64,000 nucleotides of DNA from a virus. Its lineage: Duplodnaviria > Caudoviricetes. Where the stretch lies: positions 1,129 through 65,128 of IMG/VR virus record IMGVR_UViG_3300044724_008054. One strand, 5' to 3'. The notes under the pieces are model-generated. The model was given only the letters and a program-made list of their open reading frames with translations, was not told the DNA's origin and made no database searches. Positions 56,824 to 64,000 of the stretch are shown here, one piece after another. Within the stretch, counting starts at the first letter, position 1. Every line of letters starts with the position of its first letter. The position numbers and the translations under genes are program-made.

Positions 56824-57136
56824 TGGTTTTTATTATTCCTATCTTAATGTTACTACTATTTGGTTTGTGTTGCAACCGGATTTCATGCCAATACTTGGTC
56901 TTGGGCACACCGGGATTGTGATCATGCACGTCCAGTAGATTTACCAATGCCTTCCTGACCTTTTCTGCACCACCGTGCTTCTTGCAGGTGTCGGATCTGC
57001 CCACGTGTACGATTTTATTTCCTATCTTTATTTTATAAACACAGGACAATCTTATCCATGGTGTTTTGGGATTTTTACTGTGTCGGATCTTGTATCGCTC
57101 CAAGGTGTAAAGGTCTTCTATAGTGTACCATTTCAT
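56786..57136 (-). CDS. GIY-YIG-like protein
   Basis: CVYKIKIGNKIVHVGRS resembles a degenerate GIY-YIG; ATGA start. Confidence 0.4.
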   Translation of the reverse strand: MKWYTIEDLYTLERYKIRHSKNPKTPWIRLSCVYKIKIGNKIVHVGRSDTCKKHGGAEKVRKALVNLLDVHDHNPGVPKTKYWHEIRLQHKPNSSNIKIGIIKTNAIKKTYLQEGL

Positions 57137-57399
57137 GCTATCAGTCCAACGAAATAGGCACCCATGATCCAACCCATGACGCCAAACACGAAGTCATCCC
57201 AACTCCAGTGTCCTTTGGTCCATAGATCCAGTGATTCCTTTATGACTGTGGCAACTAGGCCTAGGTATATAAATGGTTGCCAGAACACCGCGAACAGTGT
57301 AAGGAACATGGCCCATAAAAAATGAAGTTGCAGGTCAAACCTCAAGTATAGAGTAACAGTTTGTGCGATTTGTCTATATAGTTTTTTACTATCTAGCAT
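57133..57399 (-). CDS. small membrane protein
   Basis: Three hydrophobic segments. Confidence 0.55.
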   Translation of the reverse strand: MLDSKKLYRQIAQTVTLYLRFDLQLHFLWAMFLTLFAVFWQPFIYLGLVATVIKESLDLWTKGHWSWDDFVFGVMGWIMGAYFVGLIA

Positions 57400-57925
57400 T
57401 TTTAATTCCTAATTGTTTGTAAACCCGTTGTACCTTTTTTGCCTGGAAGTAGCAGTCCTCCAGTGCGTTGTGTAAACCGGTCCTCTTCTCATTAGGATCA
57501 CGTGGTACCAGACTGAACAGTGTTCTGGAATCCCTTATCTGCCAGTACTGCCATGGCTGGGGGTGTCCCAGTTGTGTGTATAGATTCTGAAGTATAGCAT
57601 AATCAAACAAAGGTCCTTGACACCAGAAAACATCAACTCCCACAGACCATTTGTTGATTGTTTTGATCATTTGGTCCAGGGAAATCCTGTCCTTGTCTCC
57701 CAATGCTTCCTCCATGATCTCTGGGTCTTGCCTGCCCCACCAGTCCAAGGTGTCCTGCATGACATCACGACCCATCTCGGTCTGACTATCAACATCAACC
57801 CTGAAGTACATGCCCTGTGCGGGCTCCGCCGTGGTGTGGGGATCGAACTTGACCCCGCCCACTGTCAGTATGGTGGCGTTGGGGTTGGTGGAAAGTGTTT
57901 CCAGATCTATCATGGCGTGTATCAT
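57389..57925 (-). CDS. DEDDh 3'-5' exonuclease (RNase AS-like)
   Basis: MIDLET, FDYAIL, HNALEDC. Confidence 0.85.
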   Translation of the reverse strand: MIHAMIDLETLSTNPNATILTVGGVKFDPHTTAEPAQGMYFRVDVDSQTEMGRDVMQDTLDWWGRQDPEIMEEALGDKDRISLDQMIKTINKWSVGVDVFWCQGPLFDYAILQNLYTQLGHPQPWQYWQIRDSRTLFSLVPRDPNEKRTGLHNALEDCYFQAKKVQRVYKQLGIKNAR

Positions 57926-57931
57926 GCCACA

Positions 57932-57960
57932 ATTATACTACACTATCTTGGTAATGTCAA
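57932..57960 (-). promoter_or_regulatory. consensus sigma70 promoter, leaderless
   Basis: TTGACA-17 nt-TATAAT, 6 nt before ATG 57925. Confidence 0.8.
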
Positions 57961-58197
57961 TCAGGCGTCGTTTTTGTTTGACTGTTCCTGCTGTTCGAGA
58001 TACTGCCAGTATTCCTGAAACTCGTCAGTGGTCAGGCACCAGATCTCACCAGAACTGCTAGGGTAGGTCTCCATTATGTACTGCTTGGCTTTGGCGCCCT
58101 CGGCCTCGCAAAGTTCCTTTGAGTCGTACAGGCGCTCCTCGTACAGGTTGTTACATTGTCCGCTGATGCATATGAGGATGACCATAATGAATTTCAT
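57961..58197 (-). CDS. small secreted Cys-containing protein
   Basis: Hydrophobic N-terminus, CISGQC...C...C. Confidence 0.55.
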   Translation of the reverse strand: MKFIMVILICISGQCNNLYEERLYDSKELCEAEGAKAKQYIMETYPSSSGEIWCLTTDEFQEYWQYLEQQEQSNKNDA

Positions 58198-58258
58198 GTA
58201 AAGTATTTAAGATCGGTGTTTTACCATAATACTAGCGGTTCATAAATACCAGTATATT

Positions 58259-58537
58259 ATGGATTTCGTGACATTCATCGCAGAAGTGGGTTTCCCAATC
58301 GCGGGTGCCATAGCCGCGGGTGCTTTCGTGTTCATCACGCTCAAGTTCATCCTGGCCTCAGTGACCGGATCAGTGAACAGTTTGAAGGCCATCATCGGAG
58401 CCCTGGACAACAGGGTGCAAACCATGAACAATGACCTGGTCAAGATAGACGCATTATTGAGTTATGTTTTGAAGATCAGACCAAACGCGGACAGGTTGGC
58501 CGCAAACGAGGGCAAGAACGATGCTAGACGCGACTAA
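58259..58537 (+). CDS. YvrJ-like single-TM coiled-coil protein
   Basis: FIAEVGFPI; ATAAATA 10 nt upstream. Confidence 0.6.
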   Translation: MDFVTFIAEVGFPIAGAIAAGAFVFITLKFILASVTGSVNSLKAIIGALDNRVQTMNNDLVKIDALLSYVLKIRPNADRLAANEGKNDARRD

Positions 58538-58862
58538 CGATATAGTGACAATGATCAAGGATTTTGGCTTCCCTATCGTGGCCGCGATGGGTCTAGGTTA
58601 CTTCGTGTACTACATTTGGAAATGGGTGACAGAAGAGATCAAACCCGTTCTTGGTGATGCCTCAAGCACACTGATAAAACTGGTTGATCGTATCCGCATG
58701 CTGGACAATGACATGATCAGGCTCAACACCAAACTCAGCATGGTGCTGGAGTACAAGGAAGAGATAGTCAAAGCCGGACGTTCGGACGAGCTGGACGAGA
58801 TATTGGCAAAATACAAGAGCAAGTCGGAATCGTTTGATTCCACGGGCGATACCAAGAAATAA
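58521..58862 (+). CDS. YvrJ-like single-TM coiled-coil protein, paralog of the previous gene
   Basis: IKDFGFPI...LVDRIRMLDNDMIRL vs LDNRVQTMNNDLVKI. Confidence 0.65.
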   Translation: MLDATNDIVTMIKDFGFPIVAAMGLGYFVYYIWKWVTEEIKPVLGDASSTLIKLVDRIRMLDNDMIRLNTKLSMVLEYKEEIVKAGRSDELDEILAKYKSKSESFDSTGDTKK

Positions 58863-58869
58863 TCAATTC

Positions 58870-58996
58870 AATTTTGTAAATTTTGTAAATTTAAATTTAC
58901 AAAACATTTACTCCGTTTACACCTTACGGCTAGGATTTCGTGGATTTTCCATATAAGTTTACTATAAGTAAATTTACAAGCAATAATTTACAAAAA
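58870..58996. repeat. AT-rich array of GTAAA/TTTAC motifs with a 24-bp perfect palindrome
   Basis: TTTTGTAAATTTAAATTTACAAAA at 58881-58904; nine exact pentamer copies between 58876 and 58991. Confidence 0.85.
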
Positions 58997-59008
58997 GGAA
59001 ACAATACA

Positions 59009-59158
59009 ATGTACGAAGACAAGAAAAAGACCAAGAAGATTTATGTAGAAAGCAAATGTGTTTCTCGTGACGACTGCTGTTGGGATGAAACACCGGACAC
59101 ATCAGAAGTCGTTGCTGTAAATGATAAACACCTCGAGAATGAGCATGTGGCCGTATAA
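59009..59158 (+). CDS. small hypothetical protein (49 aa)
   Basis: SD AAGGA then ATG 59009; MYEDKKKTKKIYVESKCVSRDDCCW. Confidence 0.45.
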   Translation: MYEDKKKTKKIYVESKCVSRDDCCWDETPDTSEVVAVNDKHLENEHVAV

Positions 59159-59191
59159 CGAAGACGAGTTAGATTGGTTATCTGGTAAAAA

Positions 59192-61018
59192 TTAATTTTT
59201 AATAGTATAAACTTTAACAGCCTCGGTCTTGCCCTTTACCGTGATGCTGTCGATGTATTCGAATGGATAGACAGTCTCTATCGTGTGTCTAGTGTCCTCA
59301 CCTATCACCAATGTCTTTTCTAGCGTTTTGCTTGAACTCTCCAACCTGGATGCTAAATTGACTGGGTCACCTATAACAGAATAATCAAATCTCTGTTCAG
59401 ATCCCATGTTACCAACCAGTGCGTCACCTGTGTTTATTCCAATACCTATTTTTATCTCATCTGTGAACCCTTCAGCGACTAGTTGCATGTTCAGATGTTG
59501 CAGTGCTTCTATCATGTCCATGGCCGCGGCCACAGCCGCCTCTCTGTGTTTCTTGTTTTCAATAGGTGCGTTCCAGAATGCCATGATGCAGTCGCCCATG
59601 AACTTGTCTATGGTTCCGCCGTTTGCTATTATCACATCTGTCATGCGTGTCAGGAACCTGTTGATCAGTCTTGTGAGTCCTGCAGGATCTCCCTTGTACT
59701 TCTCACTGAGGGGTGTGAATCCTCGGATGTCACAGAACAGGAATGTCATGTTCCTCGTCTCGCCACCCAGTTTCAACAGTGAAGGATCCTTCTGTAATTT
59801 CTTGACCATGCCAGGATCCAGGTAGTGTTCGAACTGTTTCTTTATCTGTAGTTTGAGGCTGAACTCTTTGACGAACCTGTTGAACACTGCATGGAATCCT
59901 GTCACCGTGGTCACTAGTATTATCCAACTGGCGTCCCAGAGTTGTAGATGTTTTACGAAGTAGAAATACGCACCATAGGCCGTTCCTGACCACACAGTCA
60001 ACAACACAGCACCGACCAACCAGTAGGGTGCGAAAGCCGCCAATACGATTATCATGATTGCTAATATGCCAGCCGCGACATATTCCAGGAATGTGGCCGT
60101 GTCCAACCTCACTAGGTTCTCACCGTTCAACACGGTCTGTAGGCTGACCGCCATGGCCGTGTGGCTGTACTGCTCACCGTTGGGTGTTGCTATTATGGTG
60201 CTTATGCCCTGTGCGGTGTTTCCTATTATGACGGTCTTGCCCGCCACTGACGTAAAGTCATCTGTGATGCTGATCGTTTGGAACTGCTTGTTCCATCGCA
60301 ACCATATCCTTGCGTACTGGTCTGTCTTGACGGTTTTGAATTTTGGTACCCTTAATGCTATCACGCCACCTTCGCTGGCTTTGACTTGGTAACTGGGATC
60401 TCCAACAGCGACCCTTATAACTTCCAGTGCAACGCTTGGATACACTTCATCTCCAACCCTCATCAGCAACGGCAATCTCCTGACCACACCGTCTATCTCG
60501 GGCGTGGTGTTCGCAACTCCAACTCCGTCCACGTTGTCTCCCAGCAGGGGTATCGGTCCCAGCATTCCTGGCCATTCGAACAGCCAGGGCAAGGGATCTC
60601 CTATCTTGGCCACACCTCGTGGCACCGCGTTCTTGTTCGTCTGTGTGGTGCCCGACTGTGCTATCACAATTCCATTCTGTACCAATGCCTGTGCCAGGTC
60701 CATGTCTCCTCCCAACCTGTCCTCTTCTGAGAACAATATCGGTAGTACTATTATGCCGGCACCTGCTTCTCTCAATCTCCATATCACGTCAGCCAACACT
60801 GTACGCTTCCATGGCCACTGTCCGTTCTGTTCTATGCTCTTCTCGTCTATCTCCACAATGACCACATCCTCACTCATAGTGGGAGTATCGTATTTCTGTA
60901 TTAGGTCAAAACTTTTTAATCTTGCTGTCTCTTTCACGAAAGGATCCTTGAGTCCCCAGGCCATGAGCACAGCCAGGGTTATAAATGCCAGTGTCCAGTG
61001 TGTCAGTATCCGTTTCAT
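59192..61018 (-). CDS. CHASE2-domain class III adenylate cyclase
   Basis: N-terminal TM, CHASE2 (VVIVEIDEKS, WPWKR, DGVVRR), 3 TM, FCDIRGFT, IDKFMGD, YSVIGDPVNLASRLE. Confidence 0.92.
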   Translation of the reverse strand: MKRILTHWTLAFITLAVLMAWGLKDPFVKETARLKSFDLIQKYDTPTMSEDVVIVEIDEKSIEQNGQWPWKRTVLADVIWRLREAGAGIIVLPILFSEEDRLGGDMDLAQALVQNGIVIAQSGTTQTNKNAVPRGVAKIGDPLPWLFEWPGMLGPIPLLGDNVDGVGVANTTPEIDGVVRRLPLLMRVGDEVYPSVALEVIRVAVGDPSYQVKASEGGVIALRVPKFKTVKTDQYARIWLRWNKQFQTISITDDFTSVAGKTVIIGNTAQGISTIIATPNGEQYSHTAMAVSLQTVLNGENLVRLDTATFLEYVAAGILAIMIIVLAAFAPYWLVGAVLLTVWSGTAYGAYFYFVKHLQLWDASWIILVTTVTGFHAVFNRFVKEFSLKLQIKKQFEHYLDPGMVKKLQKDPSLLKLGGETRNMTFLFCDIRGFTPLSEKYKGDPAGLTRLINRFLTRMTDVIIANGGTIDKFMGDCIMAFWNAPIENKKHREAAVAAAMDMIEALQHLNMQLVAEGFTDEIKIGIGINTGDALVGNMGSEQRFDYSVIGDPVNLASRLESSSKTLEKTLVIGEDTRHTIETVYPFEYIDSITVKGKTEAVKVYTIKN

Positions 61019-61446
61019 CCTCTTATGTCCTCTAACATTTTTTGTCTAAACTTAATTTCCCACCAAGCACTGAATCTGTCTTTGTGATTTTTGTATGTGT
61101 AAAACACTTTGCCCAACCATCTGTCCATTGTTCTTTGTGTGGTGAACTGTTCACTGATCTGGTAACCAAGAGCAAACTGACGGCACCCAATTTCTGCGAG
61201 ATGTTCTTGGTCCACTGTGCCGTCAAATTCTGTTTCGTCAAAAATTATCTTGTTGCCATCATTATCTATCAATTCGTGTACCTCACCAACGATATGCACG
61301 TGGGAAACGATACAGTCTATCAACTGTTGTCTATCCGACCTTTCGTTCACACGTGACTCCCAACCATCGTACAGCGTGATCACCTGTGTCACAATTAATA
61401 CGGGCACGGCGAATCTCGTGGTGAACTTGTTCCAGAAGTCTTTCAT
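61015..61446 (-). CDS. hypothetical protein
   Basis: 143 aa; ATGA-coupled to the cyclase; TTAAATA upstream. Confidence 0.6.
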   Translation of the reverse strand: MKDFWNKFTTRFAVPVLIVTQVITLYDGWESRVNERSDRQQLIDCIVSHVHIVGEVHELIDNDGNKIIFDETEFDGTVDQEHLAEIGCRQFALGYQISEQFTTQRTMDRWLGKVFYTYKNHKDRFSAWWEIKFRQKMLEDIRG

Positions 61447-61493
61447 TATGTGTGTATTTAATGAGATCTAGTTCTGTGTTAAAATCTTTTTAA

Positions 61494-61634
61494 TCATATG
61501 GGTTTGCTACCGTCCAGCATCAGGTGTAGGTTGAACTGGTACCACATCTGCTGTCGGTCCTTCCACAGGTAGATGTTGGACACACTCAGCACCACGATGC
61601 CGAGTAGGATCAATATCAGGTATGTGCGTCTCAT
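61494..61634 (-). CDS. small membrane protein (46 aa)
   Basis: Not in track; MRRTYLILILLGIVVLSVSNIYLW...; starts directly after the upstream stop. Confidence 0.5.
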   Translation of the reverse strand: MRRTYLILILLGIVVLSVSNIYLWKDRQQMWYQFNLHLMLDGSKPI

Positions 61635-61877
61635 CTATTCCTTGACGTAGCAACCGGCCACCACCGAACAGTACTGCGTGGTAGTAGGCACTATCAGTGA
61701 TTTCTCGAATGAGGTTCCGCTATTGGGTTGTTGGAATGTTGATCCGGTCTGGGTCTTGGTCTTGGTCTCCAGGGCCACCTTGTCACTCTCGGTGTTCACC
61801 TCCGCCTGCTCCACGTAGATGTCGTTGGCGTGTACCGACACGCAGAACAACAACGATATCAATAACGCTCTGACCAT
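61635..61877 (-). CDS. small secreted protein
   Basis: Signal peptide ...VSVHA-NDIYVEQ; C-terminal CSVVAGC. Confidence 0.6.
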   Translation of the reverse strand: MVRALLISLLFCVSVHANDIYVEQAEVNTESDKVALETKTKTQTGSTFQQPNSGTSFEKSLIVPTTTQYCSVVAGCYVKE

Positions 61878-61925
61878 AATAGCAGTATTTAAATTATGTG
61901 CGTAGTTTTATTATGTGCGTATATA

Positions 61926-63410
61926 TTAGTTCTGGTTGACGGTGGTGGTGCCGCAACCGTTGGCATTGGTGCAGATCTGCGTCAGCGAGTAGGTCTGGTC
62001 CGTTGATCCGGATTGGTCCAGGTCCAGCGTTGAGCTGTAGCCGGTCATGTCTATGGTTGCCGCGTGTGATCCCGATCCGTCCTGTAGTACGTCTATGGTC
62101 TGGTTACTGCCCGCCGTGACGTCCAGGAAGTGCTCGCCGGTGCCCTGCTGTATGATGTCCACGTCGTTACTTGACCCGTTCACGTCCAGGAACAGCATCT
62201 TGTCACCGTCGTCCTTCTGGTCCATGTACATGATGTTGCTGTTGCCCGCGACGTCGATCTCCATGTAGTGTCCGTTGCTACCGACCCCACCGTCGTTCTC
62301 CTGTAGGATGCCCAGCGTGTTGTAGTTGCCCACCACGTTGGTGCTACTGCGATGTCCCCCCGCGTCATCCATGTTGTCACCCTGCCTCACCGTGATCGAG
62401 TTGTTGGTGCCGTTGACGTCCAACAGCGTGACGTTGTCGTCACTGAACGAGCCCGCGTTGTTGCCCTGTGTGATGTTGACCGTGTTGTCGTCACCGGTTA
62501 TGGTGGCGTTGGCCATGGTGCTGGATGTGGTGCTGGTGCCCGCCACCAGGTTGTCGTTGTCGTACTGTGTGATGTCCAAGTCGATGTTGTCACCGCTCTG
62601 CTGTACGTATATGGCGTTGCCGTTCGACGTTATGCCCCTTGCGTCAGTCCTGGACTGTAGTTGTGCTGATGTGGGTGCTGAACTGTACGTGGGTGTAGAA
62701 CTTGCCATTGTGCCATTCTCACCGTAATACATCACATCATCAACATATTCAAATGTAGCATCAGAATCATAATTTGATTGGAACTGATTGATGTCAAATG
62801 TCACTGTCACAGATCCCGTGTAGCCTGACGGTAAATCATCACCACGCCACATCATCCAAATGATTGCTCCACCGGAAGTCTTTGCCAACCATAAACCATC
62901 TGATGTTGTGGCAATACTTGATCCATAGATGTATTGTCCGCCATCGTCGGCATCACTGACTGATGTGTTGACCGTGTTGTTTGAGGTATTGTATTGTGTT
63001 CCACCATACACATCCGAACTTAGATCCAATGTGCCACCAAACTTGTTTTCAATGAGGCTTTCAATGTTTGAGTTTCTGGTAGGAAAGGATGAGTTCTCAC
63101 CCACAATTATCAGATGCCCACCGTCCTTGACATAGGTGTCATAGTTGGCACGACAGGTTGATCCGCAGTTGTTGTTGTAGAGTTGGTCTATCACCACGTC
63201 ATAGTTTGCCAGGGTTGATGCTGAAGCAACCGTGGTTGATGTTGAGCCTGTCACTGTGTGGCCTTGTGCTTCAAGTCCAGCCTTGGTGTCAGTGTATGCA
63301 TAGTTGTTATGATAGATTAGGATATCCAAGGCCTTGGCCGGCGTGGCCGCCATCCACACCATGATGGCAAACAGCCAGTATGTTATGATGTATAGGATTC
63401 GTTCAAACAT
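61926..63410 (-). CDS. secreted protein with C-terminal curlin-like beta-solenoid repeats
   Basis: Start at TAATG 63410 (MFERILY...PAKA-LDI signal peptide); repeats G-x-x-N-x-h-x-h-x-Q. Confidence 0.75.
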   Translation of the reverse strand: MFERILYIITYWLFAIMVWMAATPAKALDILIYHNNYAYTDTKAGLEAQGHTVTGSTSTTVASASTLANYDVVIDQLYNNNCGSTCRANYDTYVKDGGHLIIVGENSSFPTRNSNIESLIENKFGGTLDLSSDVYGGTQYNTSNNTVNTSVSDADDGGQYIYGSSIATTSDGLWLAKTSGGAIIWMMWRGDDLPSGYTGSVTVTFDINQFQSNYDSDATFEYVDDVMYYGENGTMASSTPTYSSAPTSAQLQSRTDARGITSNGNAIYVQQSGDNIDLDITQYDNDNLVAGTSTTSSTMANATITGDDNTVNITQGNNAGSFSDDNVTLLDVNGTNNSITVRQGDNMDDAGGHRSSTNVVGNYNTLGILQENDGGVGSNGHYMEIDVAGNSNIMYMDQKDDGDKMLFLDVNGSSNDVDIIQQGTGEHFLDVTAGSNQTIDVLQDGSGSHAATIDMTGYSSTLDLDQSGSTDQTYSLTQICTNANGCGTTTVNQN

Positions 63411-64000
63411 TAGTTCTGTTGGTTTATGGTTATGCGGTTGTTGATACTGCCACCGTCGGGGTTGATCTCGAAGCCGATTATCTCGTTGCCATTCTGGTTG
63501 TGATCTATGGAATAGTTGTAGCCCTGTTGCAGTTCCATCCTCACGTAGTTGCCTGACGCACCCTCCCTGATGTAGATCCAACGGGGATCCTGGTTCAGTA
63601 TGGTCACTCCTGTGTCAGCGTCGAAGCCCAGTTTGGGATTAGTCTCCTTACGATCAAGGTCAGTCCTGGCCTGACGTATCAAGTTGTCCATTGATTGGTC
63701 CAGTGCGTCGAACAGGAAGTCTCCAGCCAAGGGATCGAAGTCTAAATCTGTCTGCCAACGATCCGCTTCACCCTCTGCCAGGTAGTCCCGGTTCAGTTCC
63801 TCGAACACGAGCAGATCAAGGTCCAGTATGTTGGCCACGGCCTTGATCGCGTCTCGGTTTTTCTCGTCATCTATCTGCTTTGGAGGGGTGATGATGAGGA
63901 GGTTGTTTATGAAGCTCTCGTCCAGTTTGAGCAGGAGAGGCTTCAAGGGCGTCGACTTGGCGGTGTCCACCACCGTTGCCTGGAACGCCTGATTCATTAT
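63410..64000 (-). CDS. FecR-domain protein, C-terminal part (runs off the right edge)
   Basis: Frame open at the window edge (I-M-N-Q-A-F-Q-A-T...); NQAFQAT and INNLLIITPP recalled from the tail of FecR-domain proteins. Confidence 0.55.
   Translation of the reverse strand: MMNQAFQATVVDTAKSTPLKPLLLKLDESFINNLLIITPPKQIDDEKNRDAIKAVANILDLDLLVFEELNRDYLAEGEADRWQTDLDFDPLAGDFLFDALDQSMDNLIRQARTDLDRKETNPKLGFDADTGVTILNQDPRWIYIREGASGNYVRMELQQGYNYSIDHNQNGNEIIGFEINPDGGSINNRITINQQN

Noticed and set aside
56786-57136. Mobile homing endonuclease
   Set aside because: GIY-YIG match is degenerate, the ORF is short and lacks a DNA-binding tail; kept only as a low-confidence CDS
63411-63581. N-terminal 57 aa of the track's 551-aa ORF
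   Set aside because: Overlaps the FecR-like gene in another frame; a signal peptide and TAATG coupling support a start at 63410
1-64000. Stop-codon reassignment (seen in some jumbo phages)
   Set aside because: Large conserved genes (polB, clpA, cyclase, protease) are full length in code 11, and TAA, TAG and TGA all end genes at coupled junctions
1-64000. CRISPR array, tRNA or rRNA genes
   Set aside because: No regularly spaced direct repeats with unique spacers and no cloverleaf signatures recognised; intergenic gaps are too short

Overview
A 64-kb slice of a large T4-like (jumbo) myovirus genome read in the standard genetic code, with nearly all genes on the minus strand. A marine or aquatic Gram-negative host is inferred from gene content only. 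Left to right: (1) a replication block with a truncated TGT/DpdA-like transglycosylase missed by the ORF track, a sliding-clamp-like protein, a SAM methyltransferase and a family B DNA polymerase; (2) about 13 kb of late genes whose products share a T4 capsid-targeting-like N-terminal leader and look like Glu-cleaved modular polyproteins, including a P-loop kinase, ParB-like protein, Cu/Zn SOD and a nucleotidyltransferase-nucleotidase fusion; (3) a subtilisin autotransporter-like lipoprotein; (4) ClpA, peptide deformylase, DnaJ and a lysis-like module; (5) clamp loader, UvsE, oxygenases, GroES and a DnaE fragment; (6) baseplate and fibre genes with T4 gp9/gp10-like N-termini; (7) a glycosyltransferase/QueD/IscA/HhH/HIT cluster; (8) a palindromic TTTAC array, a CHASE2 adenylate cyclase, a secreted curlin-repeat protein and a partial FecR-like gene. 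The strongest leads are a preQ1-I-riboswitch-like RNA switch in front of the phage queD, the capsid-cargo leader/polyprotein system, and a possible phage-encoded trans-envelope cAMP signalling module. No tRNA, rRNA or CRISPR array was recognised. All family calls come from motif recognition by eye, not from database searches.
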